DNA of 64,000 bases, taken from the IMG/VR virus record IMGVR_UViG_3300012667_000289, positions 7,794 to 71,793 of that record, one strand, 5' to 3'. A program made the position numbers and the translations under genes. Position 1 is the first letter of the stretch; every line of letters begins with the position of its first letter. The stretch comes from a virus. Taxonomy: Duplodnaviria > Caudoviricetes. Of this stretch, positions 7,438 through 17,596 are shown piece after piece. The notes under the pieces are model-generated. The model saw only the letters and a program-made list of their open reading frames with translations. It was not told where the DNA came from and did not search any database.

Positions 7438-7827
7438 TTAAATTTCTGGCGCTATGCGCTTCGCGCTGGAGTCAGGCCCTTGACCCGTTCGATTCTTCCA
7501 AAACTCCTTACCATCGGGCTGTAGGGTGGAAGATGCTATCACTGTGTTGCCCAACTCTTGTGCCCAGTCATACATTTTGGTAGCCAGGCCAATTCGACGC
7601 CAACGTTTATCCACCCATGTGTCTTGACTGCTCATGGTTTCTTCGTCGGGGTTTACTTCCAGTGTGGCATAGGCTATTAGCCCATGTTCAGGACTTTGTA
7701 TGTCTATGGTAAGATCAAACTCACCTCTTGACTGTGCGGTCCAGGTTAGTCCCATTGAATCGGTCTGTTTGTGAGTAAAAGGCTCACCTTGTTGTATTTC
7801 GGGTTGTATGATTTCTTGGATTCGCAT
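7438..7827 (-). CDS. GNAT-fold protein, late-expressed
   Basis: WVDKRWRRIGLATKMY resembles GNAT motif A; TATAAATA at 7833-7840 just upstream. Confidence 0.6.
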   Translation of the reverse strand: MRIQEIIQPEIQQGEPFTHKQTDSMGLTWTAQSRGEFDLTIDIQSPEHGLIAYATLEVNPDEETMSSQDTWVDKRWRRIGLATKMYDWAQELGNTVIASSTLQPDGKEFWKNRTGQGPDSSAKRIAPEI

Positions 7828-7832
7828 GTGCA

Positions 7833-7881
7833 TATTTATAGTTGGATTTTGAAATCCATATAGTAGACAAAAATATAAATA
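7833..7881. promoter_or_regulatory. Divergent T4-like late promoters (TATAAATA)
   Basis: Minus-strand TATAAATA 7833-7840 and plus-strand 7874-7881. TAAATA cores also precede many genes, e.g. 24000-24007 and 42574-42581. Confidence 0.75.
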
Positions 7882-7907
7882 ATGTATATTTGAGGCACTT
7901 GATACCC

Positions 7908-9959
7908 ATGAACTTATACAAATCACTATTCGAAGCTCCCATTACCGCAATGGACCCCGAAGATGAACCACAGCGACCTAAACCTACCAAAGCTAAACCT
8001 AAAAATGATCCGTTTGACTTTTTAAATGATCTAGGCGACATTGGGGGCGTTAGCAAGAACGTGCCAAGCGGACCCGTTGATTCACAAGGCGAAACTCCCA
8101 ATCAAGATCGAGGTGCAACAGGCGGTCCCGAAATGCCACGTGCCAGTGGAGACACTACTCGATCACGTATGGCAGGCCGCTCAGCCAGCGATCAGATGCG
8201 TGACATGTTGGGTCGCATTGACATGAATCAGAATGATGAAATAGATGATGCAGAAGCCGCTCGTCGTGCAGGTCTAGGTGGAGCAGAACGTCCAGCACTA
8301 GGTGGAGCAGAACGTCCAGCACTAAACAGACCACCACGCAACGAAATTGATCGAGTTCGCCCGGCAGATGTGCCAATGGTGTTGAACAATCAATTGCGTG
8401 CCGCAGGTCAGCAAATGCCAGAATGGCACACAATCAACAACTTGCCCGGATATATGCAGCGTGCTATCCGCGGTATGGGTCGTCAGATGTTTAGCATGAT
8501 GACTCGCACACCGTTAGAGCAGATCATGACCATTGCTAATGTAGATGGTCAGGGTCCAAACACAGCAGCAGAGATGCGTGCAGTGGCCAATTGGTTAATG
8601 CAAAACGGAGAAGACCTTGGTCCAGTCCGGATCGATTTTGGACGAGCAATTCCCGGATATGAGCCAGAGGTTCGTGAATACTCAGCAATGGGCCTTCGTT
8701 TCCACGTAGTGCGTGATCCAATGGGTCAGTACATTTATGCATACCCAGAACAAGATGCCCGCACACCAGGTGCCGGTGGCGGCAACAATAACCCAAGACT
8801 TAATAGAGAAAGCAGAATGATTAATAATATTAAAACTCCCGTTGCCGAAAGCGTGCAAAAATACCTAGCAGAGTCGCTAGCACTGCACAAAGAACGTGCA
8901 TTACTTGAAAGCGAAGTGCTAGAAGAGTTATCTACTCAATTGTTAAACGAAAGTACACTTAGCAAGTTAATTGGTGATCAGCCTGGCGGTCAGCCAATTG
9001 TTCGATGGATGCACGGTAGATACTTACTAAGTAATACCGCAGAGTGGTATGAGCACCAATTTAGTGACCGTGTATTCTGGACAGAGTTTAAAAATAACCC
9101 GGATCAATTTTTGATTGTTGTTGGTGCTAATGGTACTGCTGGTATTAAGCCTAGTTTAGAATCGTTTAAAAAAGGCGAAGAAAGTGCTGCCAGAAGAAAC
9201 AAAGAATACAATCCATCGAGAGATAATACAATGAAATATCAAATCATTGCGTTCCTTCGAGATCAACAAATTGATCCGGATTTGCTGCGTGCACCCGATG
9301 ACGTAGAGCGTGATGTAGATCCTACAATTATGAAAACTCGCGGAGGCATGGTCAACAAAAGAGACACTAAGGATTTCAATATTTTTGACGGGCTAAGAGA
9401 CCAAATTGGCCAACTGCACACTGTTGTTTTTAGCAAGTCAAGAGCCACTGGAATTAACAAAAGAGACGCTAAGAATTTTACAAAAGGTTATCAAGCAAAG
9501 TCCGGCGTTGTCGGAACACCTGGTGCTATCGAACGTGATAAGATTGCAACTCGCCGCCCTAACGTAGCTCCTGGAGATCAAGGCGATCACCTCGCTAAGT
9601 TTAAAAACAAGATACAGCCAATTATGAAGAAGGTATTGCAGCGTGTTGGCAATATGGCATTGATGGATGTTAGAGAAGAAGCCAGGGATGCTGAACAAGC
9701 AGGCGCTTTCAGTCGTGCGAGACAATGGTTAGATGTAGCTGAAAAAATTAATAAAATCTTAATAGCTATTAACAAGCAAGGTGATATTGATATGGCTAGA
9801 TATCCGTTGAGTAACTTAATCGATAAATCAATTCAAGATTCTGCCGGAGCCCAAGACCTTGGATTGTATCTTCAGATGTTGAACAGTACTCCAGGTACTG
9901 AAAAGTTAAAACCATTCATGAATGCGTTAAGGGCTAACTTGATTAAAGCCGGACAATAA
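7908..9959 (+). CDS. Large hypothetical late protein (possible virion/internal protein)
   Basis: Long ORF behind late promoter; start moved to ATG 7908. Confidence 0.75.
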   Translation: MNLYKSLFEAPITAMDPEDEPQRPKPTKAKPKNDPFDFLNDLGDIGGVSKNVPSGPVDSQGETPNQDRGATGGPEMPRASGDTTRSRMAGRSASDQMRDMLGRIDMNQNDEIDDAEAARRAGLGGAERPALGGAERPALNRPPRNEIDRVRPADVPMVLNNQLRAAGQQMPEWHTINNLPGYMQRAIRGMGRQMFSMMTRTPLEQIMTIANVDGQGPNTAAEMRAVANWLMQNGEDLGPVRIDFGRAIPGYEPEVREYSAMGLRFHVVRDPMGQYIYAYPEQDARTPGAGGGNNNPRLNRESRMINNIKTPVAESVQKYLAESLALHKERALLESEVLEELSTQLLNESTLSKLIGDQPGGQPIVRWMHGRYLLSNTAEWYEHQFSDRVFWTEFKNNPDQFLIVVGANGTAGIKPSLESFKKGEESAARRNKEYNPSRDNTMKYQIIAFLRDQQIDPDLLRAPDDVERDVDPTIMKTRGGMVNKRDTKDFNIFDGLRDQIGQLHTVVFSKSRATGINKRDAKNFTKGYQAKSGVVGTPGAIERDKIATRRPNVAPGDQGDHLAKFKNKIQPIMKKVLQRVGNMALMDVREEARDAEQAGAFSRARQWLDVAEKINKILIAINKQGDIDMARYPLSNLIDKSIQDSAGAQDLGLYLQMLNSTPGTEKLKPFMNALRANLIKAGQ

Positions 9960-9961
9960 GC

Positions 9962-11047
9962 ATGTTTAATTTTAGGTCATTAATTAATCTTGTGGAAAGT
10001 ATGCTGTTTGAATCAGCACTTTCCAAAGGCAGTCAACAGGTTATAAAAAGCGCCGATATGGTTGCAGGGCTAGCAAAACGTGTCCGTCGTGATTCTAGAA
10101 TGAATCCTCAAAATTTTCCGGCCGGATCATCTGCAAAGTTTGAAAAAATGCCTGATGAACAAGTAGCTGAATGGTTTTTAGATCAGATTGATCAAATTGA
10201 GCGTGCAGGATACGACGGTGTTCAATATTCACGCGACGGCGCAAACAGTCAATGGATTGCGGCCAAATATATTCTCGGAGCTCATAACTGGGAAGATATT
10301 ACAGGAACATTGAGTATGAATTTGAGTAAGTTCTATTTCCTCAAGAATAGAAATATGCTAGATGCTGCTCATACAAATATTCCGGCATTTAAAAGTATTC
10401 GCGAACTTGGTGAATACATGGTCTTCCATTATCAACAAGCTCTTGCTGATTACAATGAAAAAATGAAAGCGGCTGCAATGAAGAAAAGCGTTCGCGCTTT
10501 CTTAGTTGTAGATAACGATGATTATAAGATCTATACTACATTTAATCGTGCAGCCAACGTAGCATTAGGGCAGGGAACAACTTGGTGTACTGCCGGCGCT
10601 AGCTATGATGGTCATTATCATAATTATTCAAGAAGGGCAATGTTATTTCAACTGTTCCCTTATGACCCAGAAGAAGTTTCGTTAATAAAACGTGATGGTC
10701 GAAAAATTGAAGGAAAAGAGCGTTATCAATTTGATGCAGGATTAGACTTTATGGATATTGCAGATAACCCGCCACCTAAGCGAGATATTTTAGAAAAGTT
10801 TCCATATATATATGATGATCTTGTAAATGGATTACGGGCTAAAAAAGCAGACATAGAGGCGTATATGAAAACTGCGTCTGAAGATCCTACACTACAAACT
10901 AACGACACTAAAATCAAAGAATACAATATTGATAATGAAATTGCTAAACTACAAAATTTTGTTAGAGTAGGATGGATGACTACTAGTAAACGTCCAAAAG
11001 AAATTCCGCCTGAGGAAACTCCTGAGCTACCAGCTCCGAACGCATAA
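9962..11047 (+). CDS. Hypothetical late protein with WCTA motif
   Basis: 361-aa ORF coupled to the upstream gene. Confidence 0.75.
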   Translation: MFNFRSLINLVESMLFESALSKGSQQVIKSADMVAGLAKRVRRDSRMNPQNFPAGSSAKFEKMPDEQVAEWFLDQIDQIERAGYDGVQYSRDGANSQWIAAKYILGAHNWEDITGTLSMNLSKFYFLKNRNMLDAAHTNIPAFKSIRELGEYMVFHYQQALADYNEKMKAAAMKKSVRAFLVVDNDDYKIYTTFNRAANVALGQGTTWCTAGASYDGHYHNYSRRAMLFQLFPYDPEEVSLIKRDGRKIEGKERYQFDAGLDFMDIADNPPPKRDILEKFPYIYDDLVNGLRAKKADIEAYMKTASEDPTLQTNDTKIKEYNIDNEIAKLQNFVRVGWMTTSKRPKEIPPEETPELPAPNA

Positions 11048-11061
11048 GAAACGGGCCATGC

Positions 11062-11262
11062 ATGTTTGATTCACATACATTTAGGCCCGTTACTTTTTGG
11101 TCTCTCGGTCCACTAAAGAACCCTAAAGGATTTACTATTGCAATTGCAGAGATCGACGAGTGCTGGATAATGCGATGGAGAGAACCATGGAGCACTATCG
11201 ATCATTATGTTTACTGCAATGATTACGAACATGTAATCAGAGAAGTTAAGAAGTTATACTGA
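11062..11262 (+). CDS. Small hypothetical protein
   Basis: ORF track, follows operon. Confidence 0.5.
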   Translation: MFDSHTFRPVTFWSLGPLKNPKGFTIAIAEIDECWIMRWREPWSTIDHYVYCNDYEHVIREVKKLY

Positions 11263-11766
11263 TTCTTTATCAAACAATGCTTGCACTGCTTCGAGTGCTG
11301 AAACATAATCTAAATCGACCTTAACAGCAACCCCACCTACTCGAACCCAATTTTCACAATTATCAGGACGATCGTCAACTAGGATATCACCAGGTTGGCA
11401 ATGCTTTTGTTTGTCCTGACTAAATGGTCCAAAGTGAACAGGAATGTCCGGATATCGTTCTTGTGCCCACAACATCTTATCCCAGAATGCCCAATGGATA
11501 TCATTGTAGTGAGGAATAGCAGTGAGGAACATTAGATCGTATCCTAACTCATCACGAAACTTACGTGCAAGCGCAACCATCTCATCTGCGTGTTTCATCT
11601 TTGGCAAATCTCGAAACATTCTCATGTTGTCTCTAATTCTAACCCAATCTTCTGGTGGATAATATGCTTTGGGATCGGATAGTTCATATCCAATAATCTT
11701 TGCAGCACCTGCTACCCAATCGGCTACTACACCGTCCATATCTAAATAAAATGTTTTCTTAGTCAT
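11254..11766 (-). CDS. 5'(3')-deoxyribonucleotidase, HAD family
   Basis: FYLDMDGVVADW and ILVDDRPDNC motifs. Confidence 0.85.
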   Translation of the reverse strand: MTKKTFYLDMDGVVADWVAGAAKIIGYELSDPKAYYPPEDWVRIRDNMRMFRDLPKMKHADEMVALARKFRDELGYDLMFLTAIPHYNDIHWAFWDKMLWAQERYPDIPVHFGPFSQDKQKHCQPGDILVDDRPDNCENWVRVGGVAVKVDLDYVSALEAVQALFDKESV

Positions 11767-11785
11767 ACTATATTATAGCACCTTT

Positions 11786-13246
11786 TTAATCTTTTTCTGA
11801 ATTCATGTTTGCCAACATAGAACGAATACGACTTGAATCAGCAGTTGCTTTAACTTTTCCAACTGATACACCCTGTGCAGGATCACTGTCTCTAACTTCG
11901 CCTGTATCTGGATCAACTGTATGTGATACAGAGCTAGTCTTTTTAAACTGACTAACAATGTTTGCTGTTGTAGAACTTGTGCGTTGGCTGCTGAAGCTAG
12001 TCTCTTCTGGTTCATCTAGGTCTGAAATTCGCAGTGTATCTACATTAAACTCTAGATCAACTTTTTGTCCAACACCACTAGAACTACGTGTTTTCATAAA
12101 TTGAATTTGATAGCGTCCTCGTTCTTTCATTGCACGACTAGTAAAGATACCGATAACGTTGTCAGCTGTTTGAATCTTACTTAATCCACCTGAAATATGA
12201 CTATGATCAAACTCAATCTCTTCAACAGCACTACGGTTAAGCTGACTAGCTGTTACTACAACTGCTTGATTTTCCATAGCAAAGTTACGCAATTCTTCCG
12301 ATACATATTTGTCTTTAATAAACAGATCTGACGGTGAAACTTTGACAGAAAGTGGCATCATAAGGTCTAAGTAGTCCACTAAAATAATGTCAGGTTTTTT
12401 GCCTGTTTTGACTTCATATTCCTTCAAATACGACCTCAAATCATTACAATTCTTGCCAGAAGGGAGGTATTTTATCTGCATTCCTCCTGCCTTCTTACCA
12501 GTGAGTTTGACCTTCATTTCGACATCATCTAGCTGCTTAAAGATGTCTCTTGTAGTGATTCCGGTGACCATACTGTCAACCCGCATACCCACAAGCTCTT
12601 CAGAAAGTTCGAATGTAAAGTAAACTACATTCAATCCAGCAAGTGCAAAGTTTACACCCAAGTTAGCAAGAAACAAACTCTTACCACCACCTGATGCTGC
12701 TGCAAAAATATTCAGTTCACCACGTTTGAATCCGCCATATAACTTACGATCAACACTCGGCCATCCTGTGCTAATTTGTCCGTTGTTATCTTTAAGTTTG
12801 TTCAAGCGTGCTCTGGGATCAGCCCAATAGTCTGTGCCCATATCTTTGTTCAAACTAATCTGAATAGCTTCTTTGATTAGCTTTTCGACTGGCCCATAGT
12901 CGCCTGCATTTAATAAATCAGCTGACTTATAAATTGCACGCTCTAATGATTTATGTCTGCTAAAGTTTTCAAATTCATCCATTAGCCATTCATAGTTCTG
13001 CTTTGGTAAAGAAATAGGTTGAAAATCTATTTTGCATTGTGCATTAATGATCTGCGTCTCGGGCATTACCTTATATTGATCTACATAATCATTAAGGAAT
13101 ACTGCGGTATCTTTTAATCGTTGATCAAAGTTTTCTGCGTCAAATATACTTTGGCAGCGGCAAAATGTTTCTGCATCCGAAAGAAACATTTCTAAGTAAA
13201 GTTTTTGTATATCGTAGCTATAATCTGTATTATTGTTTTTTGTCAT
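11786..13246 (-). CDS. 41: Replicative DnaB-like helicase (T4 gp41-like)
   Basis: Walker A AASGGGKS, IILVDYLDLM, TASQLNR motifs. Confidence 0.92.
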   Translation of the reverse strand: MTKNNNTDYSYDIQKLYLEMFLSDAETFCRCQSIFDAENFDQRLKDTAVFLNDYVDQYKVMPETQIINAQCKIDFQPISLPKQNYEWLMDEFENFSRHKSLERAIYKSADLLNAGDYGPVEKLIKEAIQISLNKDMGTDYWADPRARLNKLKDNNGQISTGWPSVDRKLYGGFKRGELNIFAAASGGGKSLFLANLGVNFALAGLNVVYFTFELSEELVGMRVDSMVTGITTRDIFKQLDDVEMKVKLTGKKAGGMQIKYLPSGKNCNDLRSYLKEYEVKTGKKPDIILVDYLDLMMPLSVKVSPSDLFIKDKYVSEELRNFAMENQAVVVTASQLNRSAVEEIEFDHSHISGGLSKIQTADNVIGIFTSRAMKERGRYQIQFMKTRSSSGVGQKVDLEFNVDTLRISDLDEPEETSFSSQRTSSTTANIVSQFKKTSSVSHTVDPDTGEVRDSDPAQGVSVGKVKATADSSRIRSMLANMNSEKD

Positions 13247-14231
13247 TCAGTTTCTCTAATTCTTTCTTCTTTAATTCTATTTTTATCTTATTAGATTCCC
13301 GATAGTGTAAGATCGTGGCTAGTGTATATGCTCGGCCATATACTTCAACTGCCTTTGCTACGTCCTTGATATCATCGCCCCAAGGTGGTAAACTCATACT
13401 CCATCCGTTGTCGATTGCAGCTTGCAACATCTTTGCGCCCGCTTTATCTCTATCGGGCACAACAATAACTTCTCGGGCTAGTTGGTTAATTCTAAAGCAT
13501 TGTGCAGCGTTTGGTTCATTGTGCATAATGGCAACACCTTCTGATGCAATAGCATCAAACTGACCTTCGACGACGATTACAAATTTTTTATCAAATGTTT
13601 GAGCATCAATATTAAACACATATCCATTTTGCGAATGTGTTAAGTATCGAGGATTGCCGTCTGTAATCTTTCTGCCTGTCCATCCTACTACTTTTTTATC
13701 TTGATAAAATGGAATAATGACCCTGTCTTTATATCCAGTAGCTGCTGACCAGTGCCAGTTATAATCATCTAATGTCAAGTTGCGGCCAAGAATGTATTCT
13801 ATACAAGCAACCATTTTAGGTTCTTCACAGCCTTCTTTGATCCAATTTACTATTGGTAAACAGTCTTCCGGCAAGGGCATCTCTTGCAGTTCGAGTGTGA
13901 ATAGTTTTTCAGGAACTGGTATTGCATCTTTTTCACGCATTGCTTCGAGAGATAACTTGTTAAGTTCATCTTCGGGCAAGCCCATCCACTTAAATAAGTC
14001 TTTAGTATTTTTACTAAACAGTTTACCTGGTTGCCATCCTGCGCCAAATCCGCAGTTAAAACAGGAATAAACAAACCCATCTTCTTTAAAAAGTATGCCG
14101 CCACGCTTTTTCTTATCAACGCTTTCACCTCTGTGAGAGCAACACACCGCATTAAAACTAAGCCAGCCGCCGCTTGTTGTTTTTCTATTTGTGGGTAATA
14201 TGTTTTGTAAACTTGCCTGTATGAGATTCAT
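13230..14231 (-). CDS. 61: DNA primase (T4 gp61-like)
   Basis: Zn-binding CCSH...CFNC, TOPRIM VVEGQFDA and VPDRDKAG. Confidence 0.88.
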   Translation of the reverse strand: MNLIQASLQNILPTNRKTTSGGWLSFNAVCCSHRGESVDKKKRGGILFKEDGFVYSCFNCGFGAGWQPGKLFSKNTKDLFKWMGLPEDELNKLSLEAMREKDAIPVPEKLFTLELQEMPLPEDCLPIVNWIKEGCEEPKMVACIEYILGRNLTLDDYNWHWSAATGYKDRVIIPFYQDKKVVGWTGRKITDGNPRYLTHSQNGYVFNIDAQTFDKKFVIVVEGQFDAIASEGVAIMHNEPNAAQCFRINQLAREVIVVPDRDKAGAKMLQAAIDNGWSMSLPPWGDDIKDVAKAVEVYGRAYTLATILHYRESNKIKIELKKKELEKLNDKKQ

Positions 14232-14240
14232 ACATACATG

Positions 14241-15077
14241 TTAACTTCTATACAACACCTTGTCTACAGTTCCGGCATATACGGTGTTATTATTCTGCTG
14301 ACTAACAGGTTCTTTTGCGGGAATGTAACGCACACGGATTTTAGAAAATACTCCGTTGAAGTTATAATAATCTATACCAGTAAATCCCGTATATGTAGTA
14401 TCTTTAATAATTGCATAATGCCCAAATGAACCTGGATTACTTTCCAATGTACCTTCTACAATAACCTTACCCGTATAGCGAGTCATATAGATTGCCGCAG
14501 TATGCAATGCAGCATTACCTTTAAACTCCGGGTGTGCATTTAAGTTACCAGTGTAGTATTCGTATTGCATTGCATTTTGATCTGCATTATAGTAAGTGCT
14601 AAACTTTGTAGTTTCTTGGCTGGGCACTAGAGTTGGATAAAGATCGTGACGCACTTCAATCGTTGCACCAACACCGTAATATGTATTAGCAAATGTAGGA
14701 GTATAGCTTCCGTCTGTATCCACAGCCTTCACGCCCATTTTATAGTAAGTGCTGTCACATGCCTGTAGATCACTTTCGGTGAATACCACTTCACCTAATC
14801 CCCGCAATGCTCGCGTAGTGCCGTCGTCTAAGATAGTTACATCTTTTTCGATGAGATTTCGTTGGTTGACGGTATCGAACAATACAAACACAAAACTGCT
14901 GGTAGAAACATCTACAAATTTCTGATCGCTGTTTTTGAACTGAATTTGCACCTTGTTCTTGACACCTTTTTGTAATTTTAGGTCGCGTTGATACATAACT
15001 TGGTTAATCCTGTTGTTATTGTCCAGATCCAATATTACTTCGAACAAATTGGTATATAAATAGACTGGTAATTTCAT
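14241..15077 (-). CDS. Hypothetical protein, beta-rich, possibly structural
   Basis: 278-aa ORF with TAAATA upstream. Confidence 0.65.
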   Translation of the reverse strand: MKLPVYLYTNLFEVILDLDNNNRINQVMYQRDLKLQKGVKNKVQIQFKNSDQKFVDVSTSSFVFVLFDTVNQRNLIEKDVTILDDGTTRALRGLGEVVFTESDLQACDSTYYKMGVKAVDTDGSYTPTFANTYYGVGATIEVRHDLYPTLVPSQETTKFSTYYNADQNAMQYEYYTGNLNAHPEFKGNAALHTAAIYMTRYTGKVIVEGTLESNPGSFGHYAIIKDTTYTGFTGIDYYNFNGVFSKIRVRYIPAKEPVSQQNNNTVYAGTVDKVLYRS

Positions 15078-15098
15078 AATATGTATTTATCGGAATCC

Positions 15099-15482
15099 AT
15101 GACAACAAAAAACAGCTTTCAAAAGAATTTTCCATTTATGACCTGCATCAAATCAAATGATATTGAATATGTGGGCATTCTCATCAATTTAGATAATAAT
15201 GTAACAAGTCTTTACGACTATTCAATTATTCGAACTGAGGACGAAAAACAACGATTTATAGAATTTGGAGAAATATGGTGGTGGGAAAGCAACCGTAAAA
15301 TTCCAATTAGTATTTTTCTAAAACCCGATATGATACAGTTTAGAGATTACATCAAAACTTTCAATTCTAAAGATATTGAAATTGTGTTTGGACCAGTTGT
15401 CAGTCTGAGTGAAATTGCAGAAAAAAGAGTTAAACGTAAGAGTATACAGTTGGTTAGAAACGTTAAGAAAATCCGTAGCTAA
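15099..15482 (+). CDS. Hypothetical protein
   Basis: ORF track (15081); ATG 15099 likely. Confidence 0.65.
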   Translation: MTTKNSFQKNFPFMTCIKSNDIEYVGILINLDNNVTSLYDYSIIRTEDEKQRFIEFGEIWWWESNRKIPISIFLKPDMIQFRDYIKTFNSKDIEIVFGPVVSLSEIAEKRVKRKSIQLVRNVKKIRS

Positions 15483-16059
15483 TACGTTCGCATATTAAAT
15501 TTAACTGCATAACAATAACGTGAGCATACCCAATAGCATGACTCTTCTTAAAACTATAGCCTTCGTCAGTTTTAATCCAGACTTCGTCCTGGATTGCTTG
15601 GAAACCTTTTTCAACACATACTGGGACCAAGTGTTTCTTACCGGGTCTAATCAAAGCAAGAACTGTGGCTAATTCTAAAATACTTGTGGGCTTTAGCTGG
15701 GCTAACAAGTTATGATAACCGTTGACATGAAACAGCTGATCACACACGTCTTTTTCATACATTAGGTCCCACAGTGGCTCTACACTTAGCAACTGTTTAA
15801 TGTGTTCTTCATTTTTAACTCCTTGATATGCGTTGACATTCAAGAAGTCTATCTTAAAATATCCTCGTTGTTCAGCAGTTTCATAATCGATAGTTGCTAA
15901 TCCGTTAAGTGGGTTAACTGGCATGTTCTGTAGATACACACCAGTATTATGATGCTTATATTCTCCGCGATCAATACGCCCCGCAACTACGTGAGGAATC
16001 TTTGATAAAATATCTTCTCTGTTAGCAAAGTCAATATCGATGTCGCATTGTATCTTCAT
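15463..16059 (-). CDS. Miniature DnaE (Pol III alpha)-like protein
   Basis: DIDIDF, GYFKIDFL, ALIRPG and YSFKKSHAIGYA match family-C polymerase motifs. Confidence 0.8.
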   Translation of the reverse strand: MKIQCDIDIDFANREDILSKIPHVVAGRIDRGEYKHHNTGVYLQNMPVNPLNGLATIDYETAEQRGYFKIDFLNVNAYQGVKNEEHIKQLLSVEPLWDLMYEKDVCDQLFHVNGYHNLLAQLKPTSILELATVLALIRPGKKHLVPVCVEKGFQAIQDEVWIKTDEGYSFKKSHAIGYAHVIVMQLNLICERISYGFS

Positions 16060-16232
16060 TTTGAACCCCACCTTAACATAAAGAGTGTACCGTCTCGTTC
16101 ATTATGAAATTCAACATCTCGAACAATACTTCCGATAGGTTCGCTACAAGACCAACGACCTGGCATATTTTCTAGTAACCAAGACTCCATCTCTTTCCAT
16201 CTGTGTTTGCCGGTTGTGATTTCTATTATCAT
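16056..16232 (-). CDS. Small hypothetical protein
   Basis: ORF overlaps both neighbours by 4 nt. Confidence 0.55.
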   Translation of the reverse strand: MIIEITTGKHRWKEMESWLLENMPGRWSCSEPIGSIVRDVEFHNERDGTLFMLRWGSK

Positions 16233-16924
16233 TCTATTCCCGCTTCTTTGCAAATCTCTTTTACCAATGCAACATCTGCTGGATTCTTTTTAAAATGTTT
16301 TGTCCAGAACTGTAGATCAAATGCAGGTGCAATAAGATCTAAATGATCGTCATTAAACTTTGAAACCATTTCTTTACCACTTTTACAGTTTAGCAACAAC
16401 CATAACGACATCTTACCGTTACGAATATCATTAACTGCACGATTATGATTGACATAGTTAAAGTAGTGATTAAACTGTGCTTGGCTTGTATCACCCCATT
16501 CCATCATAGTTTGAAGACTACGTTGCACAGCGGACTCAACTGGTTCTACTTTAAGCATCTCGTAGAGATACTTTTCATACAGTTCATCTCTGCACCAGTG
16601 ATCTAACTTTACACCACTTTTAATAACATAGTCAATAAACTTATCTGGATAAAGAGGATTAACATTGGTTACAAAAGATCCAAATTTAACAAAGGCATTA
16701 TAGTAAGAGCTTTTACAAAACTCTTCATAAGTTTTATTCTTCTTACCATTTTGCGTAAGTTGATAGAATCGATTGTAAGCAAACATTCCAGCCACAACTC
16801 GCTTTTCATCTTTTTGCAAAGCACGTCTTTTGTTTTCGCACATGTGAGCAACAAGAGTCTTTTCTTTCATAAAGCTCTTGCCGCAATGCACACATTTATA
16901 AGGCTGATCCACTAGGTCTATCAT
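16229..16924 (-). CDS. Hypothetical protein with N-terminal Zn finger
   Basis: YKCVHCGKSFMKEKTLVAHMC motif. Confidence 0.7.
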   Translation of the reverse strand: MIDLVDQPYKCVHCGKSFMKEKTLVAHMCENKRRALQKDEKRVVAGMFAYNRFYQLTQNGKKNKTYEEFCKSSYYNAFVKFGSFVTNVNPLYPDKFIDYVIKSGVKLDHWCRDELYEKYLYEMLKVEPVESAVQRSLQTMMEWGDTSQAQFNHYFNYVNHNRAVNDIRNGKMSLWLLLNCKSGKEMVSKFNDDHLDLIAPAFDLQFWTKHFKKNPADVALVKEICKEAGIE

Positions 16925-17385
16925 TCGTATTCTTTTCGTTGCTTCTTGTCAAATCCCAAACCATCGAACAACTCGTCAATGTCTTTCTTTGACATCATAC
17001 CGGCTAACATTTTTACTTCATTTAGTTTCATTGTAGGATTTAATTCTGCAATTAACTTTTCAATCTTGTTAACTTTTTCTTTCTTACCTGCCGCTAAGTA
17101 TGGATGAAAGCACTTAACACCTACGCCTGTTCCGGCATATAATTTCCACAGTAGTGCTTTGTGATTTTTGCTAAGTGTCCAATGATCTTTATTCACAAGC
17201 TCGTTAGTCATTTCAATAAACCACTCTTGTGTATCTCTGTCACCTTGCACATTGCTGGTAAATCGCATTAGCACAAACGGACTAAATGCTTTTTGTTCTT
17301 CAGCTGTGAGCTTTTCATAGAAGCTGTAGTTGCGTGTATCAACTGCTTCTAGTTCTCGTTTAATATCAAGTTTTGCTGTTGCCAT
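16921..17385 (-). CDS. Putative clamp loader small subunit (gp62-like)
   Basis: AFSPFVLMRF segment, size and replication context. Confidence 0.5.
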   Translation of the reverse strand: MATAKLDIKRELEAVDTRNYSFYEKLTAEEQKAFSPFVLMRFTSNVQGDRDTQEWFIEMTNELVNKDHWTLSKNHKALLWKLYAGTGVGVKCFHPYLAAGKKEKVNKIEKLIAELNPTMKLNEVKMLAGMMSKKDIDELFDGLGFDKKQRKEYE

Positions 17386-17596
17386 GATCTTTACTTAGGT
17401 TATATGTGATCTTAACTCGATCAATTGCTTTCTTCAAAGCAGCGTTAGTTTCGGCTGCTCGAACAATCTCTTGCCATTCTTTTAGAAACTTAGCTTCAGA
17501 TGAAGAAATATATTCCTCATCGTCGACGTCTTCAAGATCTTCTTCATAGAGGTCCCACTCGTTGTCTGCCGAACACTTATATGTTGTTATTTTCAT
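17366..17596 (-). CDS. Hypothetical protein
   Basis: ORF track; shares C-terminal motif with the adjacent 17593-17880 gene. Confidence 0.7.
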   Translation of the reverse strand: MKITTYKCSADNEWDLYEEDLEDVDDEEYISSSEAKFLKEWQEIVRAAETNAALKKAIDRVKITYNLSKDHGNSKT

